In this document: one piece after another, positions 36,923 through 47,215 of the stretch
How positions within the stretch are numbered: position 1 is the stretch's first letter
Layout: each line of letters begins with the position of its first letter
Assembly: GCA_030583825.1 (NCBI GenBank)
Contig: CP129477.1
Span: 10,259-74,258, forward strand
Origin: Candidatus Dojkabacteria bacterium
GTDB taxonomy: Bacteria > Patescibacteriota > Dojkabacteria > GCA-002793355
DNA: 64,000 nt
Direction: 5' to 3'
The notes under the pieces: model-generated
What the model was told of the DNA's origin: nothing
The model's input: only the letters and a program-made list of their open reading frames with translations
The model's database searches: none
Program-made: the position numbers and the translations under genes

Positions 36923-37702
36923 ATGGCAAAAAAACCATCGAAGCCACAAAAGAAAGCCGTGGCTCAGGCACCCGCCAAAAAGGAAGCAGTTGTAGAAGCC
37001 GCATCGGCAACTAAAAAAGCTCCTGTGAAGATTGCGTTCAAAAAGACCAATCTGACAAAAATCCTGATCGTAGCAATTGCATTGCTCGTTCTTATTCCTT
37101 TGCTCGACCTTTTAATTCAGTTCTCGATTATCGGCAGATATGCTGCATTTGTAGGTCAAACACAAGTGACACGTAACTCCTATGAAAAAGAATTAGAAAG
37201 ACGATATGGACAAGCAATTATTCAGGATCTTATTGTTGAAAAGATTATCGCAAATGAAGTTAAAACTCAGAATATCGCTGTTAACGAAGAGCGCGTAACA
37301 CAAGAGCTCGACGGTATTAAATCTCAGTTTTCAGGCGAAGAGGAATTTCAGGAAATTTTGAAAGCAGAAAACCTGACTGAAGAAGAAGTCAAAGCACGAA
37401 TTCGCCTACAACTTGGATTGCAGGAAATTGTCCGAGCTTCAATGACTCCAATCACAGACGAAAGTATTCAGTCATATTATGACCAAAATAAACAGCTTTA
37501 CGAAGGTCAGACATTTGAAGAGTCAAAAGAATCAATTCGTAAAAGTCTTGAAGATGCAGAACTCAGCACTAAAGGTGATGAGTGGCTCAACGGAAAGTTA
37601 ACAGCATTGAGTGCTGATAACAATCTTACCCTTACTGCAAACAAGCAGTACAAATTCTTCCAGAGTATCAACCTTATCGGTAAATTATTCGGCAGGAATT
37701 AA
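36923..37702 (+). CDS. SurA N-terminal-domain chaperone-like protein (PrsA/PpiD-like, with no obvious PPIase domain).
   Basis: A Lys/Ala-rich N-terminus, one TM helix, then a SurA_N-like helical domain (YEKELERRYGQAIIQDLIVEKII...). Confidence 0.45.
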   Translation: MAKKPSKPQKKAVAQAPAKKEAVVEAASATKKAPVKIAFKKTNLTKILIVAIALLVLIPLLDLLIQFSIIGRYAAFVGQTQVTRNSYEKELERRYGQAIIQDLIVEKIIANEVKTQNIAVNEERVTQELDGIKSQFSGEEEFQEILKAENLTEEEVKARIRLQLGLQEIVRASMTPITDESIQSYYDQNKQLYEGQTFEESKESIRKSLEDAELSTKGDEWLNGKLTALSADNNLTLTANKQYKFFQSINLIGKLFGRN

Positions 37703-38254
37703 TAGTGTATAGCCGGCGTCATCTTTATAGATGACGCTGAGCTTACCTGTTTCAATATCTTTAAACAAGTAAAACATTTTCCCCAACAATTCTAAATGCT
37801 CAATAGCCTGAGAAACAGTTATTGGTGCGAGTTCTGATATAACCTTTTTTCGAACAGCTGGTGTGTATGTTGCGTATTTACTTGCTTCGATGCTTTCATC
37901 ATCTACAATCTCATCAACAAGATCATACTTTGGCCAATTTTCCTGTCCTTCCCATTTTCGTTTTCCATCGTGGTACTGATTTACCTTTTTCTGTAATGCC
38001 TCTGCAATCATATCCATGATTGGATAGATGTCGTTACCCTCTTTCTTCACACGAATAACTGCTTTTGGATAAGAAACAAGTACTTTTATATAGAAGTCAC
38101 TGTCTGAGCCTCTGTGACTGACAGTTTTACCAACTTCGCAACTTACTGAGAGTGCGTCATCAATGTAAGTGATTTTCTCAAGCTTTTCGGTAATATGCGC
38201 CTTCATGCCCTCTGTAATAGACATTCCTCGTGCTGAAAATTGGACTTGGTTCAT
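37685..38254 (-). CDS. hpf: Ribosome hibernation promoting factor, long form.
   Basis: 189 aa. N-terminal RaiA/YfiA fold (MSITEGMKAHITEKLEKI) and a C-terminal dimerisation domain (FYLFKDIETGKLSVIYKDDAGYTLLIP). Confidence 0.75.
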   Translation of the reverse strand: MNQVQFSARGMSITEGMKAHITEKLEKITYIDDALSVSCEVGKTVSHRGSDSDFYIKVLVSYPKAVIRVKKEGNDIYPIMDMIAEALQKKVNQYHDGKRKWEGQENWPKYDLVDEIVDDESIEASKYATYTPAVRKKVISELAPITVSQAIEHLELLGKMFYLFKDIETGKLSVIYKDDAGYTLLIPAE

Positions 38255-38301
38255 AAAAATGGAGCAATTAATTTATGTTTACCTATATTATAGCGTACTC
38301 T

Positions 38302-38862
38302 TTATGCAAGAATAAAATCTTGCACATCAGAAAGCTTTGACTCTATACTCTTTTTCAATTGAATAACTTCATCCTGGGTAAGCATCATCAAAACAAATGC
38401 ATCGCCCGGAATCTTTCGCTGTGTAGGAGCTTCAATACCAAGGCGTAAAAACGTACACCCTTTACCGATTGTTGATAAGACAGAAGTTACCCCATTATGA
38501 GTTTTTGAGTACTTTTCTTTTGTTACTTTTGCCTTACCAATAAGCAAATCAAGCTCGTCGCATACAAGTAGTACATCTTCGTTTGAAGTAACTGAAAAAT
38601 CGTGTTTTGCCTGAGCTGCAGCTTTCCCAGAGAGATTCATATACGTTAATGGCCGAACAAGAATAATTCGCCTATCGTTTTTACGGAACTCACGATACTC
38701 GTAAGTAGATCGCTTAGAAAGCTGCCAATCAGATGACCATTCGTCGTACTTTTCAGGTAACCACTCCGCAATTCTATCTAACGCAATAAAACCAGCGTTA
38801 TGACGAGTATTTTTATATCTATCACCTGGATTGCCCAGCCCGATAATTAGTTTGGTAGTCAT
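38302..38862 (-). CDS. pth: Peptidyl-tRNA hydrolase.
   Basis: MTTKLIIGLGNPGDRYKNTRHNAGF. The ORF extends to 38943, but the likely start is the Met at 38862. Confidence 0.85.
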   Translation of the reverse strand: MTTKLIIGLGNPGDRYKNTRHNAGFIALDRIAEWLPEKYDEWSSDWQLSKRSTYEYREFRKNDRRIILVRPLTYMNLSGKAAAQAKHDFSVTSNEDVLLVCDELDLLIGKAKVTKEKYSKTHNGVTSVLSTIGKGCTFLRLGIEAPTQRKIPGDAFVLMMLTQDEVIQLKKSIESKLSDVQDFILA

Positions 38863-39277
38863 TCCACAGTTGAGCAGTGATTTTATCCTGTATTGCAAAC
38901 ATAGTATCCGAATGATCATAACCAAGCAAATGCAACATTCCATGCACGATAATCATGATACATTCTTTTTCTGGATTATTATTGAAATATGACGCGTTCG
39001 CGCGTATTTCATCTTCTGAAATGTACAATTCTCCCAACAACGTTTCTTCCTGAATTTCAAACGAAAGGACATCGGTCGGCTTATCAATCTGTCTGTAAAG
39101 GTTATTGAATGTTTGACTTTCTGAAGGAGTTACAAAAGAAAAGTGAACATCTGTAAACTTTTGTAATGACTGAGGAATATGCGGAAGCAACAAATCAATA
39201 AGCTTCGATTCGGCAATGAAATCAATAACAGAAGAAAACTCTGTGCTAAGAATATCTTTACCGGATATTTCAAACAT
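38822..39277 (-). CDS. ybeY: Endoribonuclease YbeY (rRNA maturation).
   Basis: HGMLHLLGYDH zinc motif; 151 aa. Confidence 0.85.
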   Translation of the reverse strand: MFEISGKDILSTEFSSVIDFIAESKLIDLLLPHIPQSLQKFTDVHFSFVTPSESQTFNNLYRQIDKPTDVLSFEIQEETLLGELYISEDEIRANASYFNNNPEKECIMIIVHGMLHLLGYDHSDTMFAIQDKITAQLWNDYQTNYRAGQSR

Positions 39278-39286
39278 AATGGAAGA

Positions 39287-39523
39287 CTAGAAGATCTTCG
39301 CTTTTAGCTTTGGTGATGTCTTTGGTTTCTTTGCCATTCGTGCTCGCTTGCGGCTTCGGGAGCGTGCTAATTCACGCTTCTTTGTTCGCTTTGCTTCGCT
39401 CTTTGATACAAAGAATCTTTTTTCCAAAACATCAGAAATAATTCCTTCTTTAATAACTTGACGCTGAAAACGTCGAAGCACTGAATCAATAGATTCGTTT
39501 TTGTGTACAACAATAACTGCCAT
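39287..39523 (-). CDS. rpsU: 30S ribosomal protein S21.
   Basis: 78 aa; VLRRFQRQV...ARSRSRKRAR. Confidence 0.8.
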   Translation of the reverse strand: MAVIVVHKNESIDSVLRRFQRQVIKEGIISDVLEKRFFVSKSEAKRTKKRELARSRSRKRARMAKKPKTSPKLKAKIF

Positions 39524-39540
39524 GCTGAATTATATCCTAA

Positions 39541-40968
39541 TTAATATGCTTTTGCAAAGTAAGTCAGTTTTCCTTCTTTGCCGGTAAATATATCTTTTCC
39601 AATTTCATTTTCTGTTGCAAGCGGAATGACTCGTGGAGTAATTTTATATTTCTCCTGCAAGATATCTGCTTGCTTTTTGTCATCATTAAAGAAGAATACG
39701 ACAAATCCCATGCCTTCATCAAGAGCTTGTACCAGTTCAGCTTCTGAATTCACCTGTCTGGTATGCTCATTTAGGAACTCCTCTGCTCGCCTGAATAACA
39801 TTGCTTGCGATTCATCTAACAACTCTTGCAACTGTTTATGAATATCATTTGCATACTGCAGTACAACACTACTGCCATCAACACGACGAACAACCTTTAA
39901 TTTTTCTTCTGCAAGTTCGCGCTCACCAATTTCTATTCGAAGCGGTACGCCACGAAGCTCCCATTCGTTGAACTTCCAACCAGCTGTATTTTCTGACCAG
40001 TCAGCTTGCATACGAATTCCAACAGATTTTCCTTTTTCAATTAACTTGTCTGCCATGTCTTTAATTTTTGCAGCACCTTCTGGAGTTTTAAAAATCGGAA
40101 TAATTACAATCTGAACAGCTGCCATACGTGGTGGCAATTGTAGTCCCTTATCATCACCGTGAACACCGATCATGCCTCCTAAGCTTCTTGTACTGAATCC
40201 CCAACTTGTTTGCCATGCATATTGCTGCTGATTATTTTCATCAACAAACTTTACATCGAATGCTTTTGCAAAGTTTTGCCCAAGCTGGTGCGATGTTCCA
40301 ATTTGCAAAGCTTTGTTACTTCGTAAAAGAACTTCTAATGTTGTAGTATAGTCAGCGCCTGCAAATTTTTCGCCTGAGGTTTTATATCCTTTAATAGACG
40401 GAATTGCCATGTATGTACGAAGGAAGTCATCATAACGATGAAGAGCTTCAAATACATCCGCATCTGCGCTTTCCTTTGTTGCATGAGCAGTATGACCTTC
40501 CTGCCATAAAAACTCTGAAGTTCGCATAAATAGTGTCGTTCTCTTTTCCCAACGAACAACATTCGCCCATTGGTTGATTTTCAACGGAAGATCACGATAC
40601 GATTGAATCCAGTTTGCAAACGTCTTATACATTATGGTTTCAGATGTCGGGCGAATCACGAGCGGCTCTTCGAGTTTTTCGCCCCCTGCATGAGTTACAA
40701 CTGCAACTTCAGGAGCAAAACCTTCAACATGTTCTTTTTCTTTTGAAAGATACGATTGTGGAATAAACATCGGGAAGTAGACATCTTCAACACCATCCTT
40801 TTCGATCATCTCGCCTAAGTATTTTTGTACATTTTTCCAAAGGGTGTAGCCGTATCCTTTAAAAATCATTGTCCCTTTTACGGGGCCGTAGTCAGCAAGC
40901 CCTGCTCGAAGAATCACCTGCTGATACCATTCTCCGAAGTTTTCTGACATAGATGGAAGTCCATTCAT
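39541..40968 (-). CDS. proS: Prolyl-tRNA synthetase, archaeal/eukaryotic-type class II.
   Basis: 475 aa. Class II motifs, a C-terminal ProRS-C domain ending in a Tyr, and no bacterial-type editing insertion. Confidence 0.85.
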   Translation of the reverse strand: MNGLPSMSENFGEWYQQVILRAGLADYGPVKGTMIFKGYGYTLWKNVQKYLGEMIEKDGVEDVYFPMFIPQSYLSKEKEHVEGFAPEVAVVTHAGGEKLEEPLVIRPTSETIMYKTFANWIQSYRDLPLKINQWANVVRWEKRTTLFMRTSEFLWQEGHTAHATKESADADVFEALHRYDDFLRTYMAIPSIKGYKTSGEKFAGADYTTTLEVLLRSNKALQIGTSHQLGQNFAKAFDVKFVDENNQQQYAWQTSWGFSTRSLGGMIGVHGDDKGLQLPPRMAAVQIVIIPIFKTPEGAAKIKDMADKLIEKGKSVGIRMQADWSENTAGWKFNEWELRGVPLRIEIGERELAEEKLKVVRRVDGSSVVLQYANDIHKQLQELLDESQAMLFRRAEEFLNEHTRQVNSEAELVQALDEGMGFVVFFFNDDKKQADILQEKYKITPRVIPLATENEIGKDIFTGKEGKLTYFAKAY

Positions 40969-40979
40969 AACCCCGACAA

Positions 40980-42110
40980 TTATTTTATTATATAAAGAAA
41001 TACGTCTTTAATCGTAATTAAAAATGAAAACGCAAGCAAGAGTCCTAAGCCAATGAGAGAAATTATTCCTAAAGTATTTTCATTAAACTTCTTTTTGCGG
41101 ACTTTTTCCAGCGCAACAATAAGAATATGCCATCCGTCCAAGCCTGGAAAAGGAAGCAGGTTAAAAATAGCAAGGTTTAAGCTGATAAGTCCTGTCAAAT
41201 GACCTAAGTCGCGTAACATTGCACCCGAAGAAGCAACAATGTCATCAACAACAGCATATACTCCAACAGGGCCAGACACTGTTTGCGAAACCGGTGAAAA
41301 ATCCTTTGTTGTATTTACATATGCAACCATTCGATAAAAAAATGTTCCTGTAACTTTTACAATATTTATTGAATGAGAGAAGCCACTGAATGCTTTAGTT
41401 GCAAGATTCTCACCATAGTCAATTGCATATGTATCTTGTGTATCGGCAATCGTGATTCCAATTTTGTTAGAGTCAAAATAGCTTGCGGTATATGATTTTA
41501 CTTCCTGAGAATTAAGATCTCGTAATTCAAGCTCCACCGATGTATTTCCTTCCTTTGCGTGACTTGTAATTTTTACAATAGCATCTTCTGTTGAGCTTAC
41601 TTTTTCACCACTAACAGAGACTAATTCAACAGGAAATGTAATGCTTTCATTTTTCAGTGAAGAATTATCTGAAACTTCATAAATGATTGGGCCTTCAGTT
41701 AGCTTTCCAACAGTTGTTAGTTTTCCTCCAACTGGTTGAAACTCAATCATTGCTGGAACTTGCCAATTGAAAAATGGCATCATTATATAGAATGCTACAA
41801 TTGCCAAAAGAAAATTCATAAGAGATCCGGCAAACAATACTTGCAACTTATCTCGCTTGCGTGCTGTTGCAAAGTTTCCTTTTCCACCCTCTGATTCGCT
41901 TTCTCCTTTTAATGCGTTATATCCACCAATCGGGAATATATTAATTTTCCAAACAGTATTATTCCATTCTTTTTGAAAAATTGCTGGGCCAAGACCAATG
42001 GCAAACTCTTTCACCTCGACTCCGACTCGTTTCGCAAGAATATAGTGTCCAAGCTCGTGGACAATAATCAAGACATTAAGAATCAGCAGAAAAATAATGA
42101 TAGCTATCAT
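40980..42110 (-). CDS. rseP: RIP zinc metalloprotease RseP (site-2 protease).
   Basis: HELGHYILAK (HExxH in TM1), a PDZ region, and LLPFPGLDGWH. Confidence 0.85.
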   Translation of the reverse strand: MIAIIIFLLILNVLIIVHELGHYILAKRVGVEVKEFAIGLGPAIFQKEWNNTVWKINIFPIGGYNALKGESESEGGKGNFATARKRDKLQVLFAGSLMNFLLAIVAFYIMMPFFNWQVPAMIEFQPVGGKLTTVGKLTEGPIIYEVSDNSSLKNESITFPVELVSVSGEKVSSTEDAIVKITSHAKEGNTSVELELRDLNSQEVKSYTASYFDSNKIGITIADTQDTYAIDYGENLATKAFSGFSHSINIVKVTGTFFYRMVAYVNTTKDFSPVSQTVSGPVGVYAVVDDIVASSGAMLRDLGHLTGLISLNLAIFNLLPFPGLDGWHILIVALEKVRKKKFNENTLGIISLIGLGLLLAFSFLITIKDVFLYIIK

Positions 42111-42112
42111 AG

Positions 42113-42676
42113 TTATTTGAGCAATTGCTCCTTCTTATTTTCGTAAATTTCCGAAATTTGCTCAGTGAACTTTTTTGTTGTTTCATCAAGTGCTTCCAAT
42201 GCTTTAAACACTACATCTTCAGGAGCTTCTCCGTTAGTCTTTAGTGCTTCAATATCAGACTTAATCTCTTGACGAACATCTCGAAGTCTCTGACGGAACT
42301 GTTCACCTTTTTCTTTTATAACTTTTACGAATTCTTCTTTCTTTTCCTGCGTAAGCGGTGGGAAATTAATAAAGACGCTATTATCTTTAATATTCGGGTT
42401 AATTTCCTTTTTGAACTCTTCGCCAATTGCAGAAGCAATATTGTTTAACAAGCCTTTATCCCATGGTGTAATAACCATAGACGCAGCAGATGGCGATGTA
42501 ATAGTCGCGACCTGATACATTGGCATATATGAGCCATATGCTTCGACAGAAATATTCTTTACAACTTCAATGTTTACTGAACCAATACGGATTTTTTGCA
42601 TCTCAGTTTTAAATGACTCGATAACCTCGGTCATTTCCTGAGTTGTTTGCTGTTGCAATGTGGCTATATCTGCCAT
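42113..42676 (-). CDS. frr: Ribosome recycling factor.
   Basis: 187 aa; an RRF-like coiled L-shaped protein signature. Confidence 0.8.
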   Translation of the reverse strand: MADIATLQQQTTQEMTEVIESFKTEMQKIRIGSVNIEVVKNISVEAYGSYMPMYQVATITSPSAASMVITPWDKGLLNNIASAIGEEFKKEINPNIKDNSVFINFPPLTQEKKEEFVKVIKEKGEQFRQRLRDVRQEIKSDIEALKTNGEAPEDVVFKALEALDETTKKFTEQISEIYENKKEQLLK

Positions 42677-43251
42677 CGTGAAAATTTGCTAATTTTAATA
42701 TTTTCTCCGAGCTTTCCTGTAACTTCTTTCAAAAGATCTCTCATTTTCATTGTATCATTTTTGAAAGAAAGTTGCTCGAGTAAGCAAATTTCCTGCAGAT
42801 ATTTATTAAGTTTTCCTTCAACGATTTTATCAACAATTTGTTGAGGTTTTCCTTCTGCCGCAACTTCTGCTGCCCATTGTGCTGTAAGTTTATCCAACTC
42901 TTCCTGAGGAATAGATTCACGGTCAACATATAGAGGATTCATTGCAACAATCTGTAATGCAATTTCTCTTGCAAACTTGTGAAGCTCTTCATTTTTTGCA
43001 ACAAAGTCTGTTTCACAAAGAATTTCTACCATACATGCAACATTTTTCATTGGAGCATGTGAATATACTTCAATAATACCGTTTTTGGTTTCTTTTTCTC
43101 CACGGCTTGATACTGTATTTCGAAGTTTTTCCATTAAGAATTCACGAGCCTTTGCCATATCTTCTGGATGAGCTTCAACTGCTTCTTTAACCAAACCAAA
43201 GCTTGCGCCAGTCTCCTTGCGGAGTTCTACAATCATTTGTGCATTAGTCAT
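42664..43251 (-). CDS. tsf: Elongation factor Ts (short form).
   Basis: [20 protein letters not shown] is the UBA-like N-terminus; 195 aa. Confidence 0.8.
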   Translation of the reverse strand: MTNAQMIVELRKETGASFGLVKEAVEAHPEDMAKAREFLMEKLRNTVSSRGEKETKNGIIEVYSHAPMKNVACMVEILCETDFVAKNEELHKFAREIALQIVAMNPLYVDRESIPQEELDKLTAQWAAEVAAEGKPQQIVDKIVEGKLNKYLQEICLLEQLSFKNDTMKMRDLLKEVTGKLGENIKISKFSRWQI

Positions 43252-44308
43252 TCTTCTTTACCAATGAAATTATTCTCTTTGCTGTTTTCTCTCCAATTCC
43301 TTTAATAACTTTAAGCTCTTCGAGTGATTTCTGTTCTAGCAATTCAACAGAAGTGATACCTGCTGCAACAAGCTTTTCTTCCACTGTTTTTGCAAGCTTT
43401 AAGTCGCTAATTGGGCGATATGAAGATACTCGAACAACACGTGTTCCATCTGCAGTGCTTGTTGGAGCCTCTTGAATAACTGCTCGCTGTTTCTGTGCTG
43501 CCATTGAACCAAGCTGTGCTGCCTGTTTAATACGATACTCTTCTTCAATTTCTGCTTCCAATCCTGCGATTCGTTTTACAAACTGCTCACGCATTGTCAA
43601 AATTCTCTTTGAGCCATGTGCTGCGAATAATTCGCTGAATACTTCAAAGAATAAACGAATTGATTTGATTGCATCATCGTTTGCTGGGATTGAGTAATCA
43701 ATTAATCGTGGATCTGAGTTAGAGTCTACAATTCCAATAATAGGGATCTTCAATGCGCGTGCTTCTTTTACTGCAATTCGTTCGAACTTAGTATCAACAA
43801 CAATCATTGCTGTTGGAACTTTATCCATAAACATAACACCTTTGAATCGCTTTTCGAGTGATTCAATTTCGCGTGACATCGAAAGTAATTCTTTTTTCGT
43901 CAAGATATGTCGCTTTTTAATGTGTGCTTCTTTCAATTTGACCAATTTTGAGATTGATTGAGATACAACTTTAAAGTTGGTCAATAATCCTGATGGCCAT
44001 TTATCACTTACGTAGAATATTCCATACTTTTCTCCAACTTCGGAAACAATAGGTGCGGCCTGTTTTTTAGTTCCAACAATGATAATTCTTGCTGATTCTG
44101 ATTTCAATTGAGAAGCAAGAAACTCAACAGCTTTTTCCAATGCTGGAACGGTTTTACGAACATCAATAATGTGAATACCTTTGCTTGTTTTGTAAATATA
44201 TTGAGCAAAGGACGGGTGCCATCGTTGAACTGAGTGTCCAAACTGTGCTCCGACTTTTAATAAATCGTCGGTTGTAGGCAGAACAATAGAATTTGTTGAT
44301 TCTTTCAT
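43244..44308 (-). CDS. rpsB: 30S ribosomal protein S2 with a C-terminal helix-hairpin-helix extension of about 90 aa.
   Basis: [24 protein letters not shown]...IIVGTKK. The extra C-terminus has [13 protein letters not shown] (HhH). Confidence 0.85.
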   Translation of the reverse strand: MKESTNSIVLPTTDDLLKVGAQFGHSVQRWHPSFAQYIYKTSKGIHIIDVRKTVPALEKAVEFLASQLKSESARIIIVGTKKQAAPIVSEVGEKYGIFYVSDKWPSGLLTNFKVVSQSISKLVKLKEAHIKKRHILTKKELLSMSREIESLEKRFKGVMFMDKVPTAMIVVDTKFERIAVKEARALKIPIIGIVDSNSDPRLIDYSIPANDDAIKSIRLFFEVFSELFAAHGSKRILTMREQFVKRIAGLEAEIEEEYRIKQAAQLGSMAAQKQRAVIQEAPTSTADGTRVVRVSSYRPISDLKLAKTVEEKLVAAGITSVELLEQKSLEELKVIKGIGEKTAKRIISLVKKND

Positions 44309-44400
44309 AATAACTCCTTTTACCTAAGCTTCCGACCTTTCGGCAGGAGGAACAGGAAGCCTGATAATTCATAACTAAAATATATACTTGATGATTGTAA
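44309..44400 (-). promoter_or_regulatory. rpsB 5' leader with a stem-loop immediately upstream of the SD (AAAGGAG); a candidate S2 autoregulatory leader.
   Basis: Minus-strand sequence ...GCTTCCTGTTCCTCCTGCCGAAAGGTCGGAAGCTTAGGTAAAAGGAGTTATT-ATG. A 6-bp stem GCTTCC/GGAAGC encloses an inner CCG/CGG pair. Confidence 0.3.
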
Positions 44401-44415
44401 CACACTCGTTATCCC

Positions 44416-45159
44416 TCAATCAAGCGATAAAGCACCTTTTTCTCGAAAGCTATAGTAGCCCGCATTCGCAATAATTATATGATCAAGTAAAGGAATACCA
44501 AGCAAATTGCTAATTTCAAAAAGCTTTTGTGTTTCTTTCATATCCTGCGGACTTGGGTCACTGTTTCCAGATGGATGGTTATGTGCAATAACAATATTTG
44601 ATGTTTTGTATCGCAATGCTTCAATAAATAGTTCCCGCGGAGAAAATAATACACTCCTAGAAGTTCCGAGAAATGTTGTTTTCTTCGCTATCATTCGCAA
44701 AGAGGCGTCAAGAAAAAAGCACACTATTCTTTCCTGCTTAGAAGAAAGCATGTCCTGACATTGCGCAATAATCTTTTGAGGCGAGTTTAAGGTCAATCGT
44801 TTTGTTGAAACGTACCGGGAAAGCAACATAACAACCGCAAGTATTGCTTTGATTTTTACGTCTCCCATTCCCTTTATATGAGACAACTCTCTTTCGAATT
44901 CAGCGAAAGAGAGTTGCCCTTCAATGTGAGCAGTAATTTTTTTGTTGACCTTTCGAGCGACATCAAGCACATTTGCGCCTTTCACTCCATATCCTAAAAT
45001 CAATGCAACAAGCTCAGTCTGCGAAAGTGCGTCAAATCCAAAAGAATCACTTTTTTCTCGTACGAGTAGTGACCTTTTTAGTTTTGGCTCCTTTACGTAT
45101 TCTGCCATTATTTGCATTGGCGATATATTTACAATTAGGATATCCTGAGCATCCGACAA
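44416..45159 (-). CDS. radC: RadC-family JAB/MPN protein (UPF0758).
   Basis: HNHPSGNSDPSPQD (JAMM motif), with an N-terminal HhH (IKGMGDVKIKAIL). Confidence 0.8.
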   Translation of the reverse strand: MSDAQDILIVNISPMQIMAEYVKEPKLKRSLLVREKSDSFGFDALSQTELVALILGYGVKGANVLDVARKVNKKITAHIEGQLSFAEFERELSHIKGMGDVKIKAILAVVMLLSRYVSTKRLTLNSPQKIIAQCQDMLSSKQERIVCFFLDASLRMIAKKTTFLGTSRSVLFSPRELFIEALRYKTSNIVIAHNHPSGNSDPSPQDMKETQKLFEISNLLGIPLLDHIIIANAGYYSFREKGALSLD

Positions 45160-47215
45160 AATATCTACCAGTCTTTGCTCGTCTTTCTACTAAATGCTTT
45201 CCACATTCTGGACAAACATCTTTTAGTAACAATGGCAGAGTCTTTTTGATTTCCGGGTAACCCGGGTGTGCCCAAAATGATCCGAATCGGCTCTTTTTAA
45301 GAACATATCCTTCTTTGGTAACTTCCTCTGGAATGTGATACTTTTCTTCATCAATAAACGGCTCTGTGTGACCACAATCTGGAGTAAAACATGCGTAATA
45401 TTTGCCATACGGCCCAATTTTCATGTGAAGGAGTTTTTCACATTTTGGACAAGGCTTTTCTGTTTCTCCAAGATCTGTAAGCTTGTCTTTTGAAATTGTT
45501 TTCTCTTTCTGTGCAATATCTTTAATAAATGCCGGGTAAAAATCATCAAGCATCTTTTCCTTCTCAATCTTGTCGCTGACTATTTTATCAAGCTCATCTT
45601 CCATCTTTGCAGTAAAATCATAGTCAACAATTTGTGGGAAAAATTCTATTAAAAACTTTGCGACAAGCATTCCCGTATCTGTTGGCCATAGCGACTTTTC
45701 TTCTCGCTTTACGTACTCACGTGTAACCAACGTTGAAATAATAGATGCATATGTCGAAGGCCTTCCGATCCCTCTTTTTTCAAGTTCTTTTACCAAAGAA
45801 GCGTCATTATATCTACTCTTTGGCGTTGTCATTAATTCCTGAACTTTATATTCTTCAACAGTAAGCGAGTCACCCGATTTTAATTGTGGAATAACAAGTA
45901 CCGGTTTGTCACTTGAGTACTTTTCAACAAGGGAATATCCTTTAAAGATAATTTCTTCCGCGCTTACCTGGTATTGTATTTTTTCTTTGGAAAAGACTTC
46001 ATTTAACTTCTTATCTTGCGGAACTGTTATTAGTTTCTTCTCACGAATGACTGCAGGCTTCATTTGTGTTGCAACTGCTCTCTGCCAAATCATTGTGTAT
46101 AACTTTAACTGCTGTGGGGTAAGAAACTTTGCAATCTTTTCAGGAGCATATTCTATGTGAGTCGGTCGAATAGCCTCATGCGCTTCCTGAGCGACTTTCG
46201 CTTTTGTTTTATATCGTCGAACGGTATCATTCAAATATTCTTTTCCGTATTCTTTAGTTACCCACTTTCTAATTTGCTCAATTGCAACTTCGCTAAAAGT
46301 TGTAGAATCTGTTCTCATATAGGTAATCAATCCCTGCATACCAGAATCGCCAATGTTGATTCCCTGGTACAGTTCTTGTGCGATAGACATTGTTTGTTTT
46401 GCTGTAAAACCAAATCTTCTGTTAGCATTCTGTTGTAACTTTGAAGTAGTAAAAGGAGCGGACGGAGTCGAAGATTTATCTTTTTCAAAGTAACCCACAA
46501 CTGTATGTTTATCCTGGCTCTGCAAGTGCTCGCCTACTTCTTTCTGGAATTCTGGCGTCATCTTATAAAGATCTCCCTTTTTCGTAGATAGCCTGAAAAT
46601 TAATTCCTCGCCTGTTTCAGTGTAGGTAACATCGTGAAGAAGATATGGTTGGGGAATAAATGCTTTTATTTCATCTTCTCGCTCTGCAATTAAACGTAAC
46701 GCAACAGACTGCACTCGTCCAGCAGATAATCCGTATTTAACTTTTTTCCAGAGTAACTGAGACAGTGGATATCCTACCAAGCGGTCAAGAATTCTTCGCC
46801 CCTGTTGTGCCTGAACTAAGTCTTCATCAATTTTTCTTGCATGATCAATAGCATCCTGGATTGCAGGCTTAGTTACTTCGTGAAAAACGACTCTTTCGTA
46901 ACTTTTAGGTTTCAAATCACATACTCTCACAACTTGCCATGCAATGGATTCTCCTTCACGGTCAGGGTCAGGAGAAAGATAAATCTTTCCTTCTGTCTTT
47001 TTAACTTCCTGTTTTAATTCTTTTATAACCTTATCCTTTCCTTTGATAACAGTATATTCAGGCTCATAGTTATTTTCGACATCCACACCCAATTTACTTG
47101 TTGGTAAATCAATAATGTGACCAACAGTTGCGATGACTTTATAGTCTTTGCCTAAATAAGACTGAATTGTTTTTGCCTTTGATGGTGACTCTACAATCAT
47201 TAAATGTTTTGCCAT
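45047..47215 (-). CDS. topA: DNA topoisomerase I.
   Basis: 722 aa. Toprim N-terminus LMIVESPSKAKTI, an active-site Tyr region, and C-terminal Zn-ribbons (CPKCEK..., CPECGK...). Confidence 0.9.
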   Translation of the reverse strand: MAKHLMIVESPSKAKTIQSYLGKDYKVIATVGHIIDLPTSKLGVDVENNYEPEYTVIKGKDKVIKELKQEVKKTEGKIYLSPDPDREGESIAWQVVRVCDLKPKSYERVVFHEVTKPAIQDAIDHARKIDEDLVQAQQGRRILDRLVGYPLSQLLWKKVKYGLSAGRVQSVALRLIAEREDEIKAFIPQPYLLHDVTYTETGEELIFRLSTKKGDLYKMTPEFQKEVGEHLQSQDKHTVVGYFEKDKSSTPSAPFTTSKLQQNANRRFGFTAKQTMSIAQELYQGINIGDSGMQGLITYMRTDSTTFSEVAIEQIRKWVTKEYGKEYLNDTVRRYKTKAKVAQEAHEAIRPTHIEYAPEKIAKFLTPQQLKLYTMIWQRAVATQMKPAVIREKKLITVPQDKKLNEVFSKEKIQYQVSAEEIIFKGYSLVEKYSSDKPVLVIPQLKSGDSLTVEEYKVQELMTTPKSRYNDASLVKELEKRGIGRPSTYASIISTLVTREYVKREEKSLWPTDTGMLVAKFLIEFFPQIVDYDFTAKMEDELDKIVSDKIEKEKMLDDFYPAFIKDIAQKEKTISKDKLTDLGETEKPCPKCEKLLHMKIGPYGKYYACFTPDCGHTEPFIDEEKYHIPEEVTKEGYVLKKSRFGSFWAHPGYPEIKKTLPLLLKDVCPECGKHLVERRAKTGRYFVGCSGYPNCKYIANANNGRIRKGAKTKKVTTRTRKK

